Under the pieces are notes generated by a model. It searched no databases and was not told the origin of the DNA. It was given only the letters and a program-made list of their open reading frames with translations. The position numbers and the translations under genes were made by a program. From an uncultured virus (IMG/VR IMGVR_UViG_3300009285_007005) (lineage: Duplodnaviria > Heunggongvirae > Uroviricota > Caudoviricetes), in IMG/VR virus record IMGVR_UViG_3300009285_007005: a DNA stretch of 64,000 nt; one strand, 5' to 3'. Numbering within the stretch: position 1 is the first letter of the stretch; every line of letters begins with the position of its first letter. This document shows, piece after piece, positions 1 through 9,154 of the stretch.

Positions 1-31
1 TTTTACCATACCAAAAGTCTAAATTATTAAT

Positions 32-724
32 ATGAAAATATTGATCAACAACAGGACATTTTTAGGCGTGTTTTTCTCGGTTTTGGTAACCGTTTTCGCG
101 GTTGCCGTGTTTACTTACGCGACGACTATCGGAAGCGATGTTTCTGTGACGGGGGCGTTGACCGTTACCGGAGCCACGACCTTAAATGGCAAAGCTACTT
201 TGGGAAATGCCGTGGGAGATGTCATTACCGCCACAGGCTATTTTACTCAAATGAGAATCGGCACGGATTCCACATTTGACGATATTGGTACTGTCGGCGC
301 AGATGAACTTGGCGTTGAAGGGGCAATGGAAGTTGATGGAATATCGTATTTGGACGGCGGCGCGATAACTGCGGCTTCATCCACTCATTCAACAGGCGTT
401 TTTAATGTCGGAAGCGGGAGTTTGGGAGTTGCTTCTTCAACTCCACAGCAAGAATTGGGCGTCGTGGGAGACGCGTATATAAGCGCGACTTTAGGCGTAG
501 CCACTTCTACCGCCGCTCAGGAATTAGCGGTTACCGGAGATGTCTTTCAGAGCTCTTCTGCTACAACTACGCATTTTCTATCATCTAGCGGAACTAATGT
601 CGGCGGATGTATTGAAATGTTAAGATCCAATGGCACAAAAGTGAGAATTTACATTGGTGCCAGCACTACGGCGCAAGCGACCGATACCAATTTCTTGGTT
701 GTTGAGGCCGGAACTTGCCAGTAA
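32..724 (+). CDS. Exported Thr/Ser/Gly-rich beta-strand protein, Patescibacteria(CPR)-like
   Basis: N-terminal hydrophobic segment; repeated 'GVASSTP/GVATST' motifs that I associate with Parcubacteria surface proteins; AT-richer than the downstream DNA. Confidence 0.5.
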   Translation: MKILINNRTFLGVFFSVLVTVFAVAVFTYATTIGSDVSVTGALTVTGATTLNGKATLGNAVGDVITATGYFTQMRIGTDSTFDDIGTVGADELGVEGAMEVDGISYLDGGAITAASSTHSTGVFNVGSGSLGVASSTPQQELGVVGDAYISATLGVATSTAAQELAVTGDVFQSSSATTTHFLSSSGTNVGGCIEMLRSNGTKVRIYIGASTTAQATDTNFLVVEAGTCQ

Positions 725-756
725 TAATTAGCTAAGTTGACATCTAAATTTATTTT

Positions 757-1500
757 ATGAAAATTTATCAAAAAATTTTCCTCGCCGGCTTGCTTATTAC
801 TCCTATTTCTGTTTTTGCCGTTACAATGACTAATGATGTAACTTTGCAGCTGGCTGATTCATATACTTTAACGGGCAATTCGTCTTATGACAGCATGGTT
901 GTTAATTCTGATAATTTTGTTTTTACCTTGTCTAACGGACAAAGTGCCAAGATTATATCAGCCGATTTAAGGAATTTTACGGTAAGTCCGAGCGTAAACG
1001 GAGCCCAAACCTGTGGTTCGTCTTCTTCTGAAGTTGCTATTAGTGTTGCGAACGGAGTTGCCGCAACAGCTATTACTGTAACTCCTTCCGGTTCATGCAC
1101 TACGTCTGCGGGCGGAGGCGGAATAATTGGCGGAGGGGGTGGTGGTGGAGGAGGCGGTGGTGGCGGTGGCAGCGCGCCTTATGTTCCGGCACAAACACCG
1201 GCTTCATCGTCAGGGGCTTCAGCGGCACAAAAAGCTCTCATAGAACAGTTACAATCTCAAATTGCGATGCTTATGGCCCAAATTACGGCTTTGAAAGGGG
1301 TTCTTTCGTTGCCTTCGCAGGCCTCGCCTGTAGCCGGCATTGCGCGGGCTTTAGCGTTTGGCGCGCAGGGAAGCGATGTTACTCTGCTTCAAACTTTTCT
1401 TGCGAAAGACCCGTCGATTTATCCTGAAGGGAAAATAACAGGTTATTTTGGAAGACTTACTTCAGCAGCAGTTAAGCGTTTTCAAAAGAAGCATGGAATC
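757..1500 (+). pseudogene. Secreted protein with a peptidoglycan-binding (PG_binding_1-like) domain, cut off at about 1500
   Basis: Signal peptide, poly-Gly linker, coiled coil, then 'LAFGAQGSDVTLLQTFL...ITGYFGRLTSAAVKRFQKKHGIE'. The ORF continues to 1773 only as an off-frame read of the recombinase. Confidence 0.65.
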
Positions 1501-2332
1501 GAGAGGGCTTTCGCCGAAAACGGTGGCAGCCTACATGAGCGATTTGGTCCTTGCCCTTGGCTCGACGGCTCCCGACCGCCTGTCGCTGGAGGCGACCCTG
1601 GCGAGATCCCGCGAGAGCGGCGCTTCGCCCAAGACCATTGCGCGCAGGCTGACGGCTGTACGCTCTTTCTTCCGATGGATGCGCGAGACCGGATACGCTG
1701 GGGCCGATCCGACGGAAGGCCTGCGGGTGAAGCAGACCACGCAATTTGTGCCGGCCTTTCTGACCGAAGATGAAACCGCGAGACTCCTGCGGACCATCAA
1801 GACCAGCGGAGACCGCAACAAGACGAGGGACTTGGCGATGATCCTGCTCATGTTGGAGCGGGGCTTGCGCGTTTCCGAAGTGGCTGGGATTGACTTCTCG
1901 GATATTGCCGAGGATGGCGACCACATGGCCGTCGTGGTGAACGAGAAGGGATTGAAGCGAAGCAAGAAAGCCCTCGGGCCGATGGCCAGGGCTGGTTTGC
2001 GCGCCCACATGCTTTCAAGGGTCTATGCGGAGAATGAGGCTTCTCCGGACGAGAAAAAGGTTTCCCTGGTCGGACCTGTTTTTCTCTCGGCTGAAAATAG
2101 CCGGATTTCCATCGGGCAAATTGAAAATCGCGTAAAGAAATGGGTGATGGCGGCCGGAATCGAAAAAAATGTCACTCCGCATTCCCTTCGGCACACCTTT
2201 GCTACGAAAATGTTCAAGGACTCGAACAACATCGTACTTCTCCAAATGGCGCTGGGCCATGCCAGCATCACCACGACAATGCGGTACGTTCATCCCATGA
2301 ATGACGATCTCGAAAAGGCTCTGGGTGCATGA
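1493..2332 (+). CDS. XerC/XerD-like tyrosine recombinase (N-terminus possibly clipped)
   Basis: 'GLSPKTVAAYMSDL', 'TIARRLTAVRSFFRW', 'GLRVSE' (catalytic R), 'TPHSLRHTFAT' (HxxR), 'LGHASITTTMRY' (H, Y). Confidence 0.93.
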   Translation: MESRGLSPKTVAAYMSDLVLALGSTAPDRLSLEATLARSRESGASPKTIARRLTAVRSFFRWMRETGYAGADPTEGLRVKQTTQFVPAFLTEDETARLLRTIKTSGDRNKTRDLAMILLMLERGLRVSEVAGIDFSDIAEDGDHMAVVVNEKGLKRSKKALGPMARAGLRAHMLSRVYAENEASPDEKKVSLVGPVFLSAENSRISIGQIENRVKKWVMAAGIEKNVTPHSLRHTFATKMFKDSNNIVLLQMALGHASITTTMRYVHPMNDDLEKALGA

Positions 2333-2865
2333 TGAAGGCCATAATCGGAAATCGCACCGAAGAGAATGAAAAAAATCCGCTAGAGGGATTCGTAAGCCTC
2401 TCGAAAGCGGCGAAACTCCTTGGATTGGCAAGTGCCATCACATTATATCAGGCCGTCAAGCGTAAGAGATTCAAGGTGTTTCCGATAGAGGGCGGTGGAT
2501 ATCTGACCACTCTTACGGAGGTCGAAAGATATAGGCGAGAGAGCCGGAACAAAAAGCTCGGACGCGAGCCGAAGCCGCCGGTACTTCCCTTCAAAATCAG
2601 CGAAAAAGACAGAGCGATTCTCCAGAAAATCGCAGACGGGGAACGCCCGGAAAATCTGCCCGAAGACCTGAAGATCAGCGAAAACGCCATGATGCGCGCC
2701 GATGTTATCTTGAAAGCGTCCGTCGCTAAAGTGGGCGCCGAGGTTGCCAGAAGCGCCGGAGTCACCGGACCAACCATGTATTTTTACCTGAATGAATTTT
2801 CCAAGAAAGGGGTGCACGGCGTCTTCCGCGGCAGGATCGGCCGCAAACCTAAGACAGACTCCTAA
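2329..2865 (+). CDS. Double-HTH DNA-binding protein (excisionase-like N-terminus, IS630-like homeodomain HTH C-terminus)
   Basis: 'VSLSKAAKLLGLASAITLYQAVKR' and 'RADVIL...AEVARSAGVTGPTMYFYLNEF...GRKPK'; ATGA overlap with the recombinase. Confidence 0.6.
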   Translation: MMKAIIGNRTEENEKNPLEGFVSLSKAAKLLGLASAITLYQAVKRKRFKVFPIEGGGYLTTLTEVERYRRESRNKKLGREPKPPVLPFKISEKDRAILQKIADGERPENLPEDLKISENAMMRADVILKASVAKVGAEVARSAGVTGPTMYFYLNEFSKKGVHGVFRGRIGRKPKTDS

Positions 2866-2913
2866 TTTCCCAATCTGCTGCCCGTTCCTGACTGACGGGA
2901 TAAAAATTACTCT
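2864..2913 (+). promoter_or_regulatory. Putative late promoter with conserved upstream box (copy 1)
   Basis: AATTTCCCAATCTGCTGCCCGTTCC (2864-2888), 19 bp, then TACTCT; GTG start at 2920. Confidence 0.5.
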
Positions 2914-2919
2914 TGCGGC

Positions 2920-4278
2920 GTGAAAGCCGTCGAAAAAATCAAAGATGTGGTCCGGAATCTCGCCACCGGCATTTCCTACACCCTCGATGAACTCCGCAGC
3001 GGAGTCCCCGCCGATCCGATTCCTGCCGATTGGGATAAAAAGGTCCTGAAATCCAGGGAGATGTATTACACCATCGGGGCGGTCAAGAAATCCGTCTCGA
3101 CCTGGCTGGCGCTGGTCCTGGGGGACGGAATCAGGATCGAGGCCGTGGGCGACAAAGAGGCTACGAAAACCCTCAAGAAATTCGTGCGCCGGATCAATCT
3201 CGACCTCGCCTTGCAGGAAGCCTTTCTGCAATTCTGTCTGGCCGGCGAAGGCGTCTGCGCGAAGGCCCGGAAAAGCGGAAAAATCACCCGCCTTCGCTCC
3301 ATGAATCCGCTCTCCATCGAGCCGACCTGGACGGAAGGAATCCTGACAGGGGTTCAGCAATATCCGGTCGATAAAGACAACAAGGTCAACCGCACCGGAA
3401 CTCTCAAAAATATTCCGAATCAAAAAATCGAAGACATCTACTTCATGCGCCACGACGGGCCGGAATGGGAAAAGCACGGCTTCCCAATTACGCTTCCGGC
3501 TTTTGAACTCGTGGACATCCTGGCCGACCTTCGTAAGGCCGACAAGGCTACGGCGAAACGATGGAGTTCGCTGCTTCGGATCATCACCCTGGGCGGAGTG
3601 TTCGGCAATAAATTTGTCAATCCGACGGATGCGTATCTTGCGAAATGGAAAAAGCTGCTGGATGAGCAGGATCAAAACAAGGGATTGGTGGGTCCCTGGC
3701 ATTTGAAGGTCAATGACTACGGCGGCGAGGGAATAGCCCTCAACACCGCGGAACGAACAAAGCTGCTCACCGAGGAAATCGCGCAAGCGATCCTGCTCTT
3801 CCCGGTTTTCCTGACCGGAACTGCCGGCGACTTTGCCACGGCGAAATCCCTGCTCAAAGTTTTGAAATACCAGATCCACGGATTCCGGCTGATCCTCCGC
3901 GGCATGCTGGACTGGTTCTTTTCTCCGGACGAACTTGAGAAAATGGGGCTGAATCCCGAATTGGAACTCGAATACAGCTTCGACACCTTCGACATCGACA
4001 CGGAGAATGACGAAAAGAAAATCATGATGCAACTCTACGAACTGAGCGGATTGAGCCGTGAAACGATTCAACGCTTGTTCGGTTTTGACCCCGAGACGGA
4101 AGCCAAGCAACTGGAAAGCCAACCCGCTCCCGCCGGGAAGCCGTTGTCGGCGCAGGATATCGTCGCAATGGTCCAAAACGGGATCATCAAAGCCAAAGAA
4201 GGCAAAACGCTCATCGAAAATATTTACAAAATGAATCTCGGCTCGACGACCGGCAAACCCGATCAGAACATGCAATAA
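2920..4278 (+). CDS. Portal protein (probable)
   Basis: 452 aa, first gene of the head module; portal-like segments 'LRSMNPLSIEP', 'EDIYFMRH...GFP', 'LSRETIQRLFGFDPETE'. Confidence 0.7.
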   Translation: MKAVEKIKDVVRNLATGISYTLDELRSGVPADPIPADWDKKVLKSREMYYTIGAVKKSVSTWLALVLGDGIRIEAVGDKEATKTLKKFVRRINLDLALQEAFLQFCLAGEGVCAKARKSGKITRLRSMNPLSIEPTWTEGILTGVQQYPVDKDNKVNRTGTLKNIPNQKIEDIYFMRHDGPEWEKHGFPITLPAFELVDILADLRKADKATAKRWSSLLRIITLGGVFGNKFVNPTDAYLAKWKKLLDEQDQNKGLVGPWHLKVNDYGGEGIALNTAERTKLLTEEIAQAILLFPVFLTGTAGDFATAKSLLKVLKYQIHGFRLILRGMLDWFFSPDELEKMGLNPELELEYSFDTFDIDTENDEKKIMMQLYELSGLSRETIQRLFGFDPETEAKQLESQPAPAGKPLSAQDIVAMVQNGIIKAKEGKTLIENIYKMNLGSTTGKPDQNMQ

Positions 4279-4321
4279 TAAAGCCTACCGTTCACTTTTC
4301 TCCCTACAAAAAAGCAGAAAA

Positions 4322-4372
4322 AATTTCCCAATCCGTTGCCCGTTCCATTTTTACCTCCAATATTTCTACGAT
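4322..4372 (+). promoter_or_regulatory. Putative late promoter with conserved upstream box (copy 2)
   Basis: AATTTCCCAATCCGTTGCCCGTTCC (4322-4346), 20 bp, then TACGAT; ATG at 4381. Confidence 0.5.
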
Positions 4373-4380
4373 TAGGACCG

Positions 4381-5169
4381 ATGAACACGAAATTTTGTAA
4401 ACCAGACATTCGGATGGAAAAGAAGGAAGACGCGGGGATTGTCAGTTCTCATTTCGACCCGAACCTTTTCCCGTGGCGCGACCTTCCTGGAAATGCCCTG
4501 AAATCAATGGGCTTCCAAACCGGAGCGGAAAGCACCCTCCCGGATAAACTCATGATCGTTCGACCGCCCGAGCCCAAGCTTCCGCGGACGATCTGGGTCC
4601 ACGGTTTCTATTACCCCAGAGATTTCGTCGAACAATTCTATAATTTACTCGCTGAAGACGGCAAAAAAGACATCCTGGTCGCCATCGACAGTTTCGGCGG
4701 GAGTGTTTACGGGCTGAATCAGATTCTCTCCGTGATCGAAGTGAGTCCGGTTGATGTCCGTACTTGTGTTTTCGGCGTGGCGATGAGCGCTGGCTTTGTT
4801 CTGGCCTCGGCCGGAACCAAGGGCAAGCGGTCTGCCATGCCCAATGCGACAGGGATGATGCACCAAGCATCAGCTTGGAGCGGCGGCACGATCAGCCAAA
4901 TGGAATCCGATCTCGATGAGGCCAAGCGTCTGAATGAAAGTATGCTGAAGAAAATCTCCGATAATACCGGGAATTCGGTCTCCGATCTGGAAGCCATCAT
5001 CAAGGAAAAACCCGAAAGTTTCTATGATGCCGAAGGACTCGTGAAATTCGGTTTGGTTGATGCCGTCGTGAAAAACCTGATGGAAATTCTGCCAGCCAAA
5101 GATGAGCCCGAGGCTGGAACCGGATCGGGCGGTGAACCTCCTCCAAATCAGGAGGGCGCGGATGGCTAA
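4381..5169 (+). CDS. clpP: ClpP-family serine protease (head maturation)
   Basis: 'IDSFGGSV', 'GVAMSAG' (catalytic Ser), 'MPNATGMMHQ' (His), 'FGLVDAV'. Confidence 0.88.
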   Translation: MNTKFCKPDIRMEKKEDAGIVSSHFDPNLFPWRDLPGNALKSMGFQTGAESTLPDKLMIVRPPEPKLPRTIWVHGFYYPRDFVEQFYNLLAEDGKKDILVAIDSFGGSVYGLNQILSVIEVSPVDVRTCVFGVAMSAGFVLASAGTKGKRSAMPNATGMMHQASAWSGGTISQMESDLDEAKRLNESMLKKISDNTGNSVSDLEAIIKEKPESFYDAEGLVKFGLVDAVVKNLMEILPAKDEPEAGTGSGGEPPPNQEGADG

Positions 5170-6304
5170 TGAAGGTCTGAAGTTCCTCAAGGCGAAAGGC
5201 ACGCCGGCCCAGCCCGGAGGCATGGCGAAAATCCTCTCGGAAGGCGAACGCCGTTTTCAGGCGAGTCTCTGCCATGAAGGGGCCAACGGAAACGGCCAAA
5301 TCTATACCAGAGAGGAACTGAAGAAAGCAGCCGCCAACTTCAAAAAGAATTTCAAGATTCGCATGACCGAGGGTCCGGTCGAAGGCCGTCATGATCCCGC
5401 CAATCACCCGAAAAAGGTTGTGGAGATCATCGGCAGGGGCATCCATCTCGAATTTATCGATGATGCCGAAGGTCCGCGGCTGGAATTCGTGGGCGAGGTT
5501 TACAAGACCACTCCGCACGCCGATCAGGCCTACGAAGTCATCAAGGACAGATTCTACGAATTCGACAGCGTCGAAGTCGATTACGCGGAGGGCGAGTGCT
5601 CGACCTGTCATAAGCGGTTCGTAAACCCCAGGGATATCTGTCAGCACCTCGAATTGTTCAACGGAATGCCCGTCGGGACGAAGCGCGGGCAGGTCATCAT
5701 GCACGACATCACCATTACCGGAGCGGCCATGCTGGAAAACCAGGGCGCCGATCCGAGAGCCAAAGTCAAAGCTGTTGCTCATCTGGTATCACAGGAGGAC
5801 CCCATGCCCGAAGAGATCAAGGACACGACCCCGAAGCCGGAGGGCAACGCCGTAACCACGCCGCCCGCCGCACCAGTTCCGGACCCCAAGTTGGCAGAAC
5901 TGGAACAGAAGCTCACCGACACCGAAGCCAAGCTGAAGGTCTACCAGGACGCCGAACGCAAGGCGCGTTGCGAGTCCATCGTGGAAGCGAAGATCAAGCG
6001 CGGCGCGACGATGACGCCGGAGGCCAAGAAGACTGCCATCGACGACCTCATGAAGAAGTCGGACGAGATTCTGGTCGAGATGGAAGCGTTCCTGAAGGAC
6101 GTTCCGGAAGCCAAGGCGGAACCGGCAAAAGAGCCGGAGAAGCCGGCGGAAAAGCCTTCCGCGAAGGCGACCCAGAACAAACCGGGAGAGGAAGAATCCC
6201 CCCTGAGCACGGCCGGCGATCCGGCGAATACCCAACTCACAACCAAGGAAGTTGTCCAAAACTTCTTGAAAGCTCGCGACGGCAAAACCGGCGAGAAGGA
6301 GTGA
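5162..6304 (+). CDS. Prohead protease / scaffold fusion (probable)
   Basis: N-domain 'GANGNGQIY', 'ECSTC...ICQHL', 'TGAAMLENQGADPRA'; C-terminal coiled-coil, Pro/Lys/Glu-rich scaffold; directly upstream of the capsid genes. Confidence 0.65.
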   Translation: MANEGLKFLKAKGTPAQPGGMAKILSEGERRFQASLCHEGANGNGQIYTREELKKAAANFKKNFKIRMTEGPVEGRHDPANHPKKVVEIIGRGIHLEFIDDAEGPRLEFVGEVYKTTPHADQAYEVIKDRFYEFDSVEVDYAEGECSTCHKRFVNPRDICQHLELFNGMPVGTKRGQVIMHDITITGAAMLENQGADPRAKVKAVAHLVSQEDPMPEEIKDTTPKPEGNAVTTPPAAPVPDPKLAELEQKLTDTEAKLKVYQDAERKARCESIVEAKIKRGATMTPEAKKTAIDDLMKKSDEILVEMEAFLKDVPEAKAEPAKEPEKPAEKPSAKATQNKPGEEESPLSTAGDPANTQLTTKEVVQNFLKARDGKTGEKE

Positions 6305-6307
6305 TCC

Positions 6308-6667
6308 ATGAACGTTGACATGCTTTATCCCGATCAGGCGGTCGTGCATGGCACCGGGGTCGCCGTTGCGGATACCACGGCAGGCCAGTTCGTCTACGTG
6401 ACGGCGGACGATGAATACACGGTGCAGACCAACACAAACGGTCTTACGGCCGGTGTCTGCTACACCGACACCCTGGCTGGCGCCCTGATTCCCGTCATCG
6501 TGCCTCCCGCAGTCATCAATTTCGCGACCATTGCTGGCGGAGCCGCTGCCGGTGACGAGATCGAAATCGACACCGACGGGTTCCCGACCAAACTTGCCGC
6601 CGGCATCGCACGCGGCGTCATCCAGAGCGACAGCGACGGCTTCGTTGTTCGCCTCTACGGCATTTAA
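6308..6667 (+). CDS. Head decoration / cement protein
   Basis: 119 aa, Ala/Gly-rich beta protein between scaffold and capsid gene ('IAGGAAAGDEIEIDTDG'). Confidence 0.6.
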   Translation: MNVDMLYPDQAVVHGTGVAVADTTAGQFVYVTADDEYTVQTNTNGLTAGVCYTDTLAGALIPVIVPPAVINFATIAGGAAAGDEIEIDTDGFPTKLAAGIARGVIQSDSDGFVVRLYGI

Positions 6668-6672
6668 GGAGG

Positions 6673-7536
6673 ATGAACATGAATAACACCCCGGAATTCG
6701 AAGCCGCCCAGAAAGACTTGGCAATCAAGGTCCAGGCTCTTTACCAAGCCGACAAAAGCCTCAAGGCCATCGCGGCGGAAGTCGTCCTGCCGATGGTCGA
6801 AGCCGACGTTCAGGCAGAATCCATCCTTGATGTCGTTTTCGAACGCATGCCGACCAAGGTGGGCAGCGTGAAATGGGCCAAGAAGCCGACCCACAAGGCT
6901 TATTTCATCAGCGAGGACGGAAGCTTCGTCGCCAGCAAGGACAAGAAGGCTTTCGTCGAGCCCGATGGCTACCTCGTCACCGCCGAGGCCGTTTTCAACA
7001 GCCTTGACATGGAACGCGGCTACGTCGCCGGGATGACGGATCAAAGCACGGCCGCCAAGGACGCCATCGTGAAGAAACTGAACGCTGCGGCCTTTGCGCT
7101 GCTCTTCGGCGCCGCCGATCCTGCCAATATCATCGCGGCCGGCGGCCTCGGCTTGACCGAATCCAAGCTCAACGCCGGCTTCTCAAGACTGGAAGAGTTG
7201 GGCGTCCTGCCGCAACTCATGCTCATGCGGGGCGCTCGGTTCAATGACATCCGGAACATCACGCTTCCGACGGACGTGAAAGCCGATCTGGTCCGCAGGG
7301 GCGTTCTGGGCGTCATGTTCTCCGGCGCGAAGCCGCTGCTCAACGTCGAGTGCCAACTGACTTCCGTGTATCTCATCGGGAACAAGCTCCCCGGTCGCGT
7401 CATGGACGAATTCCCTCTGACGCAGAAGGCCGCTCGTGATGTCCTCGGCACCCTCGATATCGAGATCCCGATGTTCCAGGTCGTCAAGATGGCGATCACG
7501 AACAACACGCGGTACGTGCGCATCGATTGCGTCTGA
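6673..7536 (+). CDS. Major capsid protein (HK97 fold, probable)
   Basis: 287 aa, strong AGGAGG RBS, position in the head module, followed by a terminator. Confidence 0.7.
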   Translation: MNMNNTPEFEAAQKDLAIKVQALYQADKSLKAIAAEVVLPMVEADVQAESILDVVFERMPTKVGSVKWAKKPTHKAYFISEDGSFVASKDKKAFVEPDGYLVTAEAVFNSLDMERGYVAGMTDQSTAAKDAIVKKLNAAAFALLFGAADPANIIAAGGLGLTESKLNAGFSRLEELGVLPQLMLMRGARFNDIRNITLPTDVKADLVRRGVLGVMFSGAKPLLNVECQLTSVYLIGNKLPGRVMDEFPLTQKAARDVLGTLDIEIPMFQVVKMAITNNTRYVRIDCV

Positions 7537-7553
7537 TTCTGACCTGACACGAC

Positions 7554-7595
7554 GACCCCGGGAGCCGAAACGGAGCGAAGGCCCCGGGGTCTTTT
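7554..7595 (+). terminator. Rho-independent terminator after the capsid gene
   Basis: GACCCCGGG...CCCGGGGTC followed by TTTT. Confidence 0.7.
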
Positions 7596-7619
7596 GATTG
7601 AAAACCTGGAGGCCCAGCC

Positions 7620-8087
7620 GTGGTTCTGACGGATCTCATCGCCAAGCTGAAAATTGATGCCGAGGACGATAGCCTTGGTTTCAATAAGGCTAAACGATGT
7701 TTCGAGTACGCCGTGGTCCAGGTCAATCAGGACCTCAGCACGGTTTACGCCATTTCCGGCACGCTTGAGGCCGACACGGAGATCCTGCCGGACCCCCAGG
7801 CACGGGATCAAGAACTTCTCCTGATCCTGGCGCGGTTCCATTTGGCCGACATGAAAAGGCGGGCCGCCGCAAGCGCTCTTTCGTGGAAATCCGGAGACAA
7901 ATCCGTGGACAGGAGCCGCATGGCCCTGTCCTACTCGGAACTCACAAGGGACCTTTGGAAGCAATATCTGAGACTGGCCGGTCTCCCGGAAGACTACATT
8001 CCGCTGTCGATGGGAGCTTCCTTCGAATCGGTCGGCGGGGATGTGGACTGGTCCGCCACGCGACAAGCAACCTGGGCGGGAAAGTGA
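7620..8087 (+). CDS. Head-tail adaptor (probable)
   Basis: Position; 'SWKSGDKSVDRS' resembles adaptor beta-hairpins. Confidence 0.55.
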   Translation: MVLTDLIAKLKIDAEDDSLGFNKAKRCFEYAVVQVNQDLSTVYAISGTLEADTEILPDPQARDQELLLILARFHLADMKRRAAASALSWKSGDKSVDRSRMALSYSELTRDLWKQYLRLAGLPEDYIPLSMGASFESVGGDVDWSATRQATWAGK

Positions 8088-8090
8088 TGA

Positions 8091-8492
8091 ATGAGCGATT
8101 TCGACCTTATGCCAGACGAAATAATCCAGGTGGAAAGCGATTCCACGGGGATTGTCGAGGCAGATTTGACCGTGGCGGAGGTCTTCAGGCCGGTCGTAGC
8201 GGGACAGGGCGAGTTCGACGGGCCCTACCACGCGGACATGACGAGCGTGGGGAGCATCAAAATCGAGTTCGTCACCGACAAGGACGCCGAAGTGATGGAG
8301 CCGGATGCGGATGGAGTGGCTGATGCTTTGCCGGATGCCGATGTCAAGAAATTCGACGAACTCCGGTTCACGCGGAACGGAGAAAATCACGTCCATGTTG
8401 TCCGGCACGTCAAGCCTTTCCATCCCTTCGGGGCGGAAACGCACAAGAGGCTGACGCTGAAAAGGAAGTATTTGAACGAGGCGAGTCCGTAA
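8091..8492 (+). CDS. Head closure / stopper protein (probable)
   Basis: Size and synteny. Confidence 0.45.
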   Translation: MSDFDLMPDEIIQVESDSTGIVEADLTVAEVFRPVVAGQGEFDGPYHADMTSVGSIKIEFVTDKDAEVMEPDADGVADALPDADVKKFDELRFTRNGENHVHVVRHVKPFHPFGAETHKRLTLKRKYLNEASP

Positions 8493-9154
8493 TGGCCAAT
8501 GTGCAACTCAAAGTCCATGTCGATATGGAGAGCCTGTTCAGGACCCGAGGCGGGCTTAATCGCTTCGATTATCTCCTGCGCCTGGAGAGCCGCCGAGCCG
8601 TTCGGACTACGACCGTTCAGACTGCGGACTTTGCAAAAAAGGTCGCCCCCGTCGGCGAAACGGGCGAACTCCGAGATAAGATCACTTGGCGGCTCAACGC
8701 GGAAAGCACTCGGGGAATCGTGGACAGCAAGGACCCCGCCAGCCAAGCGGTCGATATGGGCGCGAAGCCGCACGTCATCGAACCGCGAATTGCCGGAGCC
8801 CTCACGATCCCGATCCAGCAATGGACTCTGGGTGGGCCGATTTACCGCCAGACCAATTCCAACATGGGTGGGCGTGGGATTGGTCAAAGAAGCAAGAAAA
8901 TATTCACGACGGTTTCGAAGCGTCTTTCCCACCGGATCGGCCAGAAATCGATTTTCGGCGGGACTCGGATGACCAAAGGCCAGACGAGGCTCGATGTCGA
9001 TTTCACCTTCAGCCAGCACGTCGATCATCCCGGCACCGGACCCATTCCGTTCTTCCGTGAATCCGCAAAATTTGCCGAGCGCGTTCTGATCCGGGAAGCC
9101 AACATGGCGGTTGACCGAGCCATCAAGAACAGCCGCACGATCGGGGGCCGGTAA
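8492..9154 (+). CDS. HK97 gp10-like neck/tail completion protein
   Basis: 'AKKVAPVGETGELRDKI', 'VDMGAKPHVIEP', 'VDHPGTGPIPFF'. Confidence 0.75.
   Translation: MANVQLKVHVDMESLFRTRGGLNRFDYLLRLESRRAVRTTTVQTADFAKKVAPVGETGELRDKITWRLNAESTRGIVDSKDPASQAVDMGAKPHVIEPRIAGALTIPIQQWTLGGPIYRQTNSNMGGRGIGQRSKKIFTTVSKRLSHRIGQKSIFGGTRMTKGQTRLDVDFTFSQHVDHPGTGPIPFFRESAKFAERVLIREANMAVDRAIKNSRTIGGR

Noticed and set aside
1111..1170. GGN-rich tracts here and at 15175-15255 as DNA-level repeat elements
   Set aside because: Explained by poly-Gly linkers in proteins
1501..1773. C-terminal extension of the PG-binding protein
   Set aside because: Off-frame read-through of the recombinase gene past the junction
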